Assembly (NCBI RefSeq): GCF_009914755.1 | Contig: NC_060925.1 | DNA length: 64,000 nucleotides | Origin: the human T2T-CHM13v2.0 reference genome, Homo sapiens | Strand: one strand, 5' to 3' | Shown here: one piece after another, positions 1 through 64,000 of the stretch | Layout: the number at the start of each line of letters is the position of its first letter | How positions within the stretch are numbered: the stretch's first letter is position 1 | Translations under genes and position numbers: made by a program | Notes under the pieces: generated by a model | What the model saw: only the letters and a program-made list of their open reading frames with translations | Told to the model about the DNA's origin: nothing | Database searches by the model: none

Positions 1-1665
1 GTCCAGCCCTGGCCAGAAGCCTCTCTGGCCAGTGCAGAGGAGCTGGGAGAAGCAGGTGGCCTTGGGCCCAGCTTATCGTCTCCTGCCCTCTGGGCTGGGC
101 AGGCTTGGGTGTGGGGGGAGAAAGTGTGGGGGGGATGACCTGGATCCTTGGGCTTGCCCAGCCCAGAGAGATAAGCTGCTTTAGGGTGTGGTCCACCACG
201 CACGAGGCTCCTGGGGCCTGGACACCTGGACAGCCTGGACAGGCACAGGCCAGAGCCCACAGGCCTGTGGCCCTCTCCTTACAGTTTCCACCACTTAGAG
301 GCCCAGAGCCAGTGGGACCCCTGGAGCTTCAGACCCACAGTCCCCAAGGCCAATAGGAAGGGAGCGCCTTTCTCAGGAGCTGGGGCTTAGGTCACATTTC
401 ACCATGGTTCTGCCTGGGTGCCCGCTAGCCAGCCCCGACCTTTGGGCTCGGAGGGGACAGACTGAACCAGTCTCTGGCCCCCCCACTCCCAGCTTTCTAG
501 CACACAGGAGGGGCCTCGGTGTTGTCCTCAGCTTCCTATGGGCCATCACATTCTCTGCCCCATCTTCCTCCCTGCCTCCTTAGCAGGACAGCCAGACAAT
601 TGCCCCCACCCCGCAGGCTGCCTGAAGACCCTACTAGTGGCCCCGGCGCCCCCAGCTCCCTCCGTGCCCTCTTTTCCTTGCATTTCTCACGGGAGCCTCA
701 GAGGTTCTCTTCCCACCGTGATTTGACTTCCTGAGGCCTGGGGTCTCTTGCCAGCTCCTGCCGCCTCTGCCAGTCTGTAACCACAGTGCCCTCTCTCTGG
801 GCAAGGCGGGGCAGAGAGGCTTTACTCCCTGATCCTAGTGAAGTGTGTCCACTGCATCCTGCACCCAGAACCCTGCCCACCCCTCTGTCATCCTATGTGC
901 TTGGTGCTGGGAGGTGGTTCTGTTCCCGAACCAGTACCCACTCTGCCAAGTGCGGCAGCCTCTGTGTCTAGATGTTCCCGGGAATTCTCCTCCCAGCACA
1001 GGTCCTGTAAGCACTCCCCTCCAGCCCCTTTCTCAGCAGACACACACAATGGGGTGTGCACTGATGACACATTCAGCAGTTCTGGGCCCAGACCTCTGGC
1101 CCCACCTGCTCTGAGGTCCCCGGGGGGAGTTTTGTCCAAGCCCTCCCAGAGGCCACCACTAGCCTGCACCTAGCACCCCTGGCTGACTGCCCCGGACCCG
1201 CCCACCAGTACCCAGCAACTTCCACCTCCACAGGGGCGAGAACACAGGCTGCTCCTGTGGCTGGGCACTGGCGAGTCTGCTGGGGGAGGGGCCGGTTTTC
1301 TGCACTGAGGTTGGGTTCCTGGAGGCGTACCAAGGTGGAGGTCTCTGTTCCCACGTGACACCGAGGAAGGGTGGAGAGATCGGGGGCAAGTGTTGGATGC
1401 AGGGGGTGACCCCCAATCCTGATGCTAGCTTGGTACAGCCCCACAGCCCCCCTTCCTGGCCCTGCTCAGCCCAGTAACCCTGTGTCACTCCTTCAGGCAT
1501 TCCCTGAGTCCCTGGGAGTCAGGGCTGTGGCCCTGGGCCTGGTGCCAGTCTCCTGCCGTGACAACCAGGTGCCTGTCGTGTAGGCAGCTCGCAGTCAGGA
1601 CCTGCAGCCTCTGAAAACCCTGCACGGTGCTGCCTATTGGCTACGGTTCAGAGAGGGCCAGTTAG

Positions 1666-33788
<32,123 letters not shown>

Positions 33789-34551
33789 AGGCCGCAGACT
33801 CCTGTCCGCAGCCTCGCAGCTCCGTGGGGCCCTCCGCCCCAGCCCCAGCCAGCCAGGCCCTGGTGGAAAGGCTGGGAGCCGCACAGCCCTCCCCTCCTGC
33901 GCTGGAAACCCTCCCTGACCCCCACCCTGGCCCCCCGTATCCCCAGCCCTTGGCAACACTGGAGTGCACACGCCGCCACGGTTGCCCAGAAAAAGTGCCC
34001 AAGCTGCTGACGCAAACAACAACAAATGCTGCTTATTTGCATGCCGACTTACATATATTTGCATGTTCGTTGACTATCAAAGAGTGCAGAGCTCTCCCCA
34101 GCCCCGTGGGTGGTGACTTTGTTTTCCTGCGGGGCTCAGCCCCCTCCAGGATGCAGCCCCCTCCCCCGCACCCCGGAACCGGCGTCGCTGGCGCATCCTG
34201 GGTGGAGGCAGGCCCCGAGCTCGGGGAAGGGGTTTTCCCTTCCTCTCTGACCCAGATCTGCGCGCGGCCTAGCCCGGGCCTCATTTCTTATCCCCGCCAA
34301 GGGTTTCCTCTCAGTCATTTGTTTACCAGAAACATGAAAACTGCCTGTCTGGCCGGGCCGCACTTGTGGCCCCCGGGACCCCACCTCTGGCCCCACCTCC
34401 CTCAAGTCTGCGCCCCGTCCCCAGCCAGACCCACTCGCTGCCGGGACCCTTTCACTGCCCCGGTGGAGTGAATAGAGGATGAGGGGCCCTGACCCTGTGT
34501 CTCCAACTGCTGCACCCCATCCCGACCCTGTCTCCGCCACCTCGCAGCCCC

Positions 34552-34557
34552 ATTAAA
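34552..34557 (+). terminator. ESPN canonical poly(A) signal ATTAAA
   Basis: ATTAAA about 760 nt after the stop codon, followed by a GT-containing downstream region. Confidence 0.7.
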
Positions 34558-34822
34558 GCGCTCTCATCTGGGCTCCGGTTCACTCACTCGCTGTGGCCGC
34601 GACTTGCTCTCTCCTTCTCGGGGTAATTGAGCCAGAGTGGACTCGGGAGGGGCAGGCTTGGGAGCTAAGGCCACACTGGACTCCACCATGGGTGCCAGAT
34701 CCCGGGGTGACAAGATTCCCGTCCCCTTCGAATCCCTCGAGAAAAGTCCAGTCCACTTAACACCCCAGCCCCGCAGAAACGCCAAGAAGCCGTTTTTGTT
34801 TTGTTTTGTTTTCTTTCACAGA

Positions 34823-34828
34823 TTTAAT
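34823..34828 (-). terminator. TNFRSF25 poly(A) signal ATTAAA
   Basis: TTTAAT on the plus strand, about 250 nt beyond the stop codon. Confidence 0.65.
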
Positions 34829-35075
34829 ACCGCGATCTCAGCCAAACTCCGGCCGAGAAGTTGAGAAATGTCTTCACCCCCTCTCGACATTCGTTCGTGC
34901 TTCTTCGCCTTGGCTGGAGCGATAGGGGCGAGCAGGGGTGGGGCCGGCTGGTGCTGCTACGCAGGGCCGTGCCAGCGGCTTAATAAGTGACATAAAATGT
35001 CTACACGCATAAGTAACCGTACTTAGGGCTTCTGCAAGGGCCACCAGAGCGCCTAGGTGGCAAGTGGGCGCCGTG

Positions 35076-39749
<4,674 letters not shown>

Positions 39750-40158
39750 AGCCCTCCGACGGGCGCCCAGGGGCTTCCCGGCTCCGTGCTCTCTGCCCGT
39801 CGTGGTTCCGCCTTCAGCCCCGCGCCCGCAGGGCCCGCCCCGCGCCGTCGAGAAGGGCCCGCCTGGCGGGCGGGGGGAGGCGGGGCCGCCCGAGCCCAAC
39901 CGAGTCCGACCAGGTGCCCCCTCTGCTCGGCCTAGACCTGAGCTCATTAGGCGGCAGCGGACAGGCCAAGTAGAACACGCGAAGCGCTGGGCTGCCTGCT
40001 GCGACCAGGGGCACAGGATAGAGCTGCATCTCGGTCCCCACCCCGACTCTCGCCCCAACCCTGAGAACCACTTCAAGGTAGAGCCAGGGCAAGTGACTTC
40101 TCTCTCGGCCTCCGCGTCCCCAGCCATGGAGGAGGTTGGGCCAAAAGTACCGCAAGGG

Positions 40159-51214
<11,056 letters not shown>

Positions 51215-51383
51215 GGTGCTGTGGAACTTGCTGTCACAGGCCTCGCAGAGGTTGAGGGGCCCCCGGCGGTGCAGCTGCTGGCAGTCGGCGTGGTGACATA
51301 CCTGGGGTGGGGACAGAAGCCTTCAGGAGGTCCACGAGATCCACCACATCCCTCGACCCCGGCCCAGCGCTGCAGGGACTTAG

Positions 51384-55519
<4,136 letters not shown>

Positions 55520-56300
55520 GCCAAAAGGGTTAAGGTTAGGGTTTTCAGTCTTTTATGACATTGACTTTTTTTTTTTTTAGGGTTAAGGCCACCCCATTCA
55601 GGGACCTCCTGTCCTGCTCTTCCATCCTGGCTCACTCCCCTCACCCACTGGCCTCCTGGTCGTTCCGGGACACACTCCCTCAGGGCAGCTCCCACCTCTG
55701 AGCTGTGACATCTGCCAGTCCCTGGACTGAGATGCTTTTCCCCAGATATTGAAATGCATGGCTCCCTGCCTTCCCTCCCCTCCTGCTAGCTTCCCCCCAA
55801 GTCACCTTCTCATCCTCCTCATTCGCCCTCCACGCTCCTTTCCTGTCCTCAGCACTTTCCAGCACCTGACAGGTCACATATTCCACCCTGCTGCCTCCAC
55901 ACCTGGTCACATTCGCAAGGACAGAAATGTTACTCTGTCTGATTCAGCGCCTGACCTCCGGTCCCAGCTGCTCCATAAATCCTTGTTTCATTTATGAATT
56001 AAGGCAGGAGAGAGGCGCTGAAGAGTTTCTGGCTGGTGAAAGCCCGATGAGAGATTTCCGAGATAGGCGTGGTGAGGATAGCAGAGAAAGTGACAGGAGG
56101 GAGGAGGAGGCCGGGAAGAATCTGAGTGTGTTTTTAATGTGGTCGTCATGTGTCTGGAGCCACACTGGGGGCATTACATGTGTATCTCATCCCATAAGAT
56201 AAGGGCTGTTATTGTCCCTGTTTCACACAAGAGGAAAGTAAAACTCAGAGAGGTGAAATGACTTGTCTAAGGTCACACAGCCAGTGGATCTAGGACTTGA

Positions 56301-57826
<1,526 letters not shown>

Positions 57827-58739
57827 TCAGTATTCAACAAATACGGACTGAGCCCTATGACGCACCCCACCCTGGATCCCTTGAAAGCCTCGAGATCAGT
57901 TTCCCTGCTGTGATGGTCTGGGTGGCCACTACCATCACTGAGGCTGCTCGACTCCTCCAGCTGCTGCCAGGGGCTGGTGCCCAGGCCCGGCTGACCTCAT
58001 CTGCTTCCCTCCTCTCAGCAGTCCCCAGGCTCAGGGGCACTGGGGGCACAGTGAGGCTCAGCCCCAGGATCTGAACCAGGTGGTTTCCGACTTCGTCGAG
58101 CAGATCTGGTTGACGATGAAGTTCTGGAAGCCCCCCGGGAGAACCATGAGCCCAACTGAGAAGCTGGGGTGGGCAGAGCTCCCTGGTGCAGTTTCTGCTC
58201 CCCGTTCTGCCTCACGTCCCACCCCCAAACCCCAGAGTCTCCCCAGCTCCCTCCAGAGGCAGGACTCCCCCAGCACTAGGGCGGAATGGCCCCTTCTTGA
58301 AGCCAGACTCCAGCCCCTTCTCTCAGACCCAACTGCCCCTCCCTCACCTGCCTGCCTGCCCACCATGTCCTGCCTCTGTCCTGCAGGAGGGACACCAGGG
58401 TCCGGGGGGGAATGTTCCCAGGTCTCAACCCAAGGGAGGAGAGAGCCCACCCATGGGAACAGCCAGCTCCCACCCCCTCTAACGCCAGGCAGCCAAAATA
58501 ACAGAGGGGGGCCCTTTGGGGAATACACGCATGTGAGGATGGGGACAGAGAACCAGGCGTCCACCCTCACACAAGGGCTGGGGCCAGAGGCACAAGGAGA
58601 AACAGAGGCCTCTGGGGTAGGAGGAGGCTGTGGGCAGGGCCAGGGCAGAGGAAGGAAAGGAGAGGGGCGGCCCAGCATAGGGCCCGGGACCCACAGGTGT
58701 GTCCGGAGCTGGCCCCAGACACAAAGCGCCAAGAATTGG

Positions 58740-59520
58740 CGGGGACATCTCAGCCGGCGGGGACACACCCCGGAGTCCGAGGTCCCCGTCACCAGGGTGC
58801 AGCTGCCCAGGTAGGGGGCTCGGCCGCCATGGGCCGCATCCTTCCCCTGGGGGCCGCGGGGCCCATAGTCACGGGCACCCCCTCCCTGGCCTCCCGCACA
58901 GGACTGGGCGGCTGCAGGCGAGAACTGGGCACCCAGCCCCGTTCCCGCCCCGTCCCGGCCCCGTACCTGGCTATCACCGTCGCGGGCACGACCCCCGGCC
59001 CAGGAGGGCTCCGAGTCCCGGAGGGGCAGCCCCGGGCCCGGCCTGGAGGCTGCTAGGCGTCCGGAGACACCGGGTCCTGTCCCCATGGCGGCCGGAGGAA
59101 GCCGCGGTCTGCGCCGCCCGCCGGACAAAGCGCGGAGCCCCGCTTCCTGCCATTGTGCGGCCGCGCCCGCCCCCGCCGAGCGCGGGGACCCCGGGGAGGG
59201 CCGGGCCCGGAACAGCCCCCAGCCCCCCAGGAAGGCGGACACCTCCCTCCCGCCCGGGCCCTCGCCACCCAGCCCCGGGGATCCCCGCCTCCCCGCCCGG
59301 GAACCCCTACACCCCCGCCTCCGCCTGCCCGGGCGACCCCCCGCCTCCCCGCCTCTGCCCAGACCCGGGGACTCCACACCCCTACCTCTGCCCGGCCGGG
59401 GGACCCCCACAGCCCCGCCTCCGCCCAGTCCCCGGGACCCCCACCTTCCCACCTCTGCCTGGCCCGGGGTACCCCCACCTCTGCGCCTCTGCGCGGCCCC
59501 GGGCCCCTCTCTTCTCTGAC
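58740..59520 (-). promoter_or_regulatory. CpG-island promoter of the PLEKHG5 alternative first exon
   Basis: CpG-dense with multiple GC boxes around the ATG at 59086. Confidence 0.75.
58967..59086 (-). CDS. PLEKHG5: Alternative coding first exon of PLEKHG5 (MGTGPGVSG...DGDSQ); with 51301-51215 it gives a 1075-aa isoform
   Basis: GCCGCCATGG Kozak context, 40 codons, CAG|GTACGG donor in phase 0, in frame with the exon starting at 51301; lies in a CpG island. Confidence 0.85.
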
Positions 59521-60281
59521 TCCCTCCTCAACACCAATGCCGGGCTCAGAGGGCTCCTCAGAACTTGCTCTTTCTCCTGGGGAGCTCCTTGAATGCTGGA
59601 GGCAGGGGGCGCTGGTGACACCCCCCCCCACCTTGGAGACTGTGGAGCCCCTCCCCTGGGTGACTCGATCCCCGCCCAGCCCTGGGGGTGCCCACTCTGC
59701 TGTGGTCCCCACCTCACCCTCAGCGCCAACACGCACGGTCCCTCCCAGCCAGAAGGGTACCTTCCCTCCTCCCTTCCTCCTGGAGACCCCCACCCCCGCC
59801 TCGGAGCCTCAGCCCAGGGGACCCCTTCTTACTCCCAGCAAGGGAGCTCTTAGAATACAGGCACCAGAAGGGGGAGGCCAGGATGGGGCACACTCCCCTC
59901 AGGGTCCTTGGTCCGGCTCTCCATCTAGCCCCAGGGACACCCCTCTCTGCTCCAACACCAGCTTTGAGCCCCAGTCACACACCCACCCCAACCTCACAAC
60001 CAGCTCTCATCTCAGCCCCTCCCATCAACCTGGAGACCCCTGCCCGAGAGCCTGAGCCCCAGGGACACCCCCTCACACCGACTGCTCACTGCCCAGGTAC
60101 GGCAGAGGCCGAGAGCCAAAGGCCGGTGGCCTCTGGAAAGGGCCGTGGGCAGAAGGCGGGCTGCTCTGAGAGGCTATCCTTGGCAGCCCCCAGGAGCTGG
60201 GTGAGGTGGAGGCATCAGGAAACCCTGGCGACCCACATGGCACAGCAGCCCAGGTCCCTGCAGTTCTAGGCCAGGTCCCCA

Positions 60282-60296
60282 CCGCCAGGGGGCACT
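60282..60296 (+). promoter_or_regulatory. CTCF motif
   Basis: CCGCCAGGGGGCACT. Confidence 0.55.
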
Positions 60297-60579
60297 CAGC
60301 AAAGCCTGAGAGGACGCAAACGCCCAGACTCTGGTGCTGGAGTCACCACTACACGGCTGTCAAAGCGCTTTTACACTGATTCCCAGGAAGGCAGGGCAGG
60401 CACCATTAGCCCCATTCACGGCGTGGGGGATAAAGTGACATAAAGAGACAAAAGTCTACAGGCAAGACTGAAACTCAGACTGTGGCTCTGGGATTCTGGG
60501 ATGGCCTCCTTGGGACACTCCTCAGAACCCATGGGGGTGAGGTGGCCATGCTGTCTGTCATCAGCCCACCCACCCCTAA

Positions 60580-61059
<480 letters not shown>

Positions 61060-63681
61060 AACAGGCAGAGTTTTGAAAACTAAAACTTCCCATCTTGCTT
61101 ATAGTGAAATCCCACCATGGCCGGGCTCCCGCCTCCCTCCCAGCTGGTCCGCACAGGGTCCACCTGCCGGTCTTCCTTCTCTCCCTACAGCTCGCCAAGC
61201 TCAGGGCCTTCTCCTCTGTATTTTCTGTCTGGAATTCCACGCACCCTATCTTGAAACAGCTGACACCGGGCCCCAACTTAAATGTTACCTCTAAGACGTC
61301 CTTTTCCCTCATCTTAAAATAAACCACCCTTACCCTCCCACTCTCAATTCCTTTAAGTTAAATTATTTCCTTCTTAGTGTTTATTACTACCTGTAATTCA
61401 TTTCTTTGTTCACTTTTTTATCATCATTCTTCCCTACCAGACTGTCCTCTCCAGAAGCCAGCGCCTTGGCCGTCTGCATCTCACTGTGTCCTCGGCACTT
61501 AGAACAGTCCTGGTGCACAGTAGGTGCGCTTGGTGGGGATGAGATCAGTGAACAGATGAAGGCAGAAGGGCCTTCATGCCACAGAAGGACATGGGGACAG
61601 GAAAGGGCTCGGCCAGGATATCCCTTCCTGTGGCCGACAGTCAACAGAGCCTTCCCCACTGCCAGACCGAAGGTCTCTTCCTCCTCCTAGTATCCATGAC
61701 CTTGGGCCTGCTGGCCCTGGGCAGGTGAGTTCCTACTTCAAATCGGGTGGTCTTGCCCCAGACCTCCACCCCCATACTGTCCTGTAGGCAGATAACTGCA
61801 TTTCACTGAGCATTCCATGTGCCACCCCATCGTGGGAGTTCCAGGCAGTGAATCCCATTCGCTCTTCTCAAAGACTCTTAGGAGGAGATACTGTTACAAT
61901 CCCCATTTAACAGATAGAGAAACTAAGGCCTGTGTCAACTGACTTGCCCCAAAGTCACCAGCTGCTGCTACGTAGGGAAATGGGTGCCTCAGGCACAGGG
62001 CAGGCGTGGGGCCTGAAGACAGCTGAATGTTGGTTTGGGCAACAGGGCCCTGGAGATTGCCTTCCTGAAGACACGGCAGATCCCAAAGCCAGCTTGTGGG
62101 GAGCCCACCGGTGTGGGGTAACCAGGTTGCATCAAGTGGAGACCACCAGGGCTGGGTCAGGGCGGATCACCAGAGGTCACCTGAGTGCCTGGGCCCTGGC
62201 CATCCCTGAGTGAGGCTGCTGCCTGGGTACTCAGCAAGGGTGGGGGACTGTTCCTTAGGGGCAAGAGTGCAGAGCAGAAAGGAGCCCCCAGCCCCTGTAC
62301 CAGGGCAGTGGGGTGGGCCTGGGCAGGCTCCTGCATTCCCACCTCCTCTCCACAGCAGGGAGCTGAAACAGCTCAGGGGCAGGCCCAAGAAGTCCTGGCC
62401 CCCAACTCCCTGGGGAGGGAGCCCCTCCCCAGCCCAGCCCCAGCTCCAGGCTTGTGAGTCAGGGCCGGCTTGTTGAAACTGATACCCAGAAACCAGATGC
62501 GGAGGCTGATGAATAATGGAGTCTCCAAGGCAGGACCCCCGCACCCGGCTGTTCTCCCTCAGTATCACCTCCCCCAGCCCCAGAAAAGCAGATGGGAAAC
62601 CAGGGATCCCCCAGGCATCCCTGCCCCACAACGAGCTGGGGCCCCAGCCTGGTCTGGGTGGGAGAGGGACTTCCCTGTCCAGGAAAGGACGCAGGTCTGG
62701 GGCCAGCTCCAGGCTCTGCCGACAGCAGACGGGCCTGGAACCAGGAGTCCGAGCTCTCTGGCTGGAGGGATGTCCTTGCCAGGAATTCCCACCAAGGCTA
62801 AGCTCCCCTGGGAGCCTGCTAGTCCCAAGGCCCCACCCAACACCTTAGAAATCCAGGGGTGGAGACTGCATGCATGGGCAGGCCAGCCAGGGCGGGGTGG
62901 CTTTGCCAGGCGGCTCTCTACGCTCCACCCGGCCTACCCACCCTCCTTTCCCCTAGGCCCAGGCCTCACCCATCACCCCTTGGGTTCTGAGGCTCACCTG
63001 GAGTCAGAGCCTGACCTAAGGCCCTGCCCTGTGCCGGGCAGATGGCAGGGACACAGAAAACCTCTCCCCAGGCTAAGCCCACCGCACGGGCCCTGGAAGC
63101 CAGGAAGGCCCCTTCCTCCCCAGGGAGCGGTCCTGGCTAGTATGCCCAAGGCTGGGACCCAGTGCTAGAGAAAGAGGGAGGGGCTGCAGTCTGTGAACAT
63201 CCCCTCCTGCCCAGCCTCTGCAGTTCCCAGCCCCAGACCCCAGCGTGTGTCTTCGGAGCACCTGGACTAGCAAGCCCTTCCCCGGTGCAACTTAGAAGCC
63301 TCCTTGGTAGGGAGCGGGGGAAAGAGGGCACCTGCCTGGGCTTCAGAAGACCTGGTCTGGAGCCTACGTTCCCCCACCCTTCCCCTACTGGGCCTCAATT
63401 TGCCCACCTGTGCCAAGAGGGCATAGAATTCAGTATCTGGGGATGGCTGCCAGGTCCTAGTGTGTGCCCGGACCCCGGCTAAAGGGCAGGAGAATGGTAA
63501 AATACCCCCGAGCTCCCTCAACTTGAGGAGTTACTAAGGAATCTGCAGGGGACCTCTTGGCCTCCATTTCCCAGACTTCCACCAAGGCAGGCCAGGGCCT
63601 CCCCGGATTCACGGGTCTCCCGCATCCCCCACCCCTAAGTGGGTGCCTGGGTCTGCTCAGACTGCCCGAGGCGCAGCCTCT

Positions 63682-63698
63682 GGCGCCCCCTGCCGGCC
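63682..63698 (-). promoter_or_regulatory. CTCF motif
   Basis: Reverse complement GGCCGGCAGGGGGCGCC. Confidence 0.55.
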
Positions 63699-64000
63699 TC
63701 GAGAGGGCTTTTCCGCCTGGGACCGACTCCGGGACTGGCCAGATGGGGAGGATCGGCTGAGCCTCCCAGCCACGCCGCGCGCCCGGGCCCCTCCAGGATC
63801 CCCCTGCCCCGCCAATACCCCCCATACCGGGGCCAGGGTCCCATAGACTCCTCACGGCCCTATCTCCGAGCCGACCCACCCTAGAGACACTGTGATGGGG
63901 GCGGGAGCTTGAACCCATTCCACCCTCACGTAAATGGAGATACAGCTGGTGAGGACCCTGTACCCACCCACAGGCCTGGCACTACGTGGGAATCTCGAAT

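Noticed and set aside
58058-60055. Long ORFs (464, 297 and 300 aa) on both strands
   Set aside because: CpG-island stop depletion; only the 40-codon PLEKHG5 exon has Kozak and splice support.

Overview
Human genomic DNA (GC-rich, Alu-dense), recognisable as the 1p36.31 cluster ESPN - TNFRSF25 - PLEKHG5. Plus strand: ESPN (espin) coding exons 2-13 (exon 1 lies upstream of the window), poly(A) signal near 34552. Minus strand: the complete TNFRSF25 (DR3) gene (10 coding exons, 417 aa), tail-to-tail with ESPN, and PLEKHG5 (RhoGEF, 20 coding exons, 1006 aa, plus an upstream first exon giving 1075 aa). MIR4252 lies antisense in ESPN intron 2. The most notable structure is a 1764-nt open, CpG-rich exon inside ESPN intron 10 (28076-29839). 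It has its own acceptor, stop and AATAAA, splices in frame to exon 10, and would replace the distal actin-bundling module with a 587-aa tail closely resembling the ESPNL C-terminus as I recall it. Other observations: a small-espin-type first exon under two DR1 (HNF4-type) sites, a 27-nt basic microexon, in-frame exitron/retained introns, two exons whose junctions regenerate a 5' splice site, a stop-interrupted in-frame upstream start in TNFRSF25 intron 1, a PDZ-ligand splice switch in PLEKHG5, nested MER33/Alu insertions with closely spaced inverted Alus, a MER53 hairpin and a mosaic intronic duplication. Comparisons with ESPNL, rodent isoforms, miRNAs and repeat consensi are from memory and need database confirmation.
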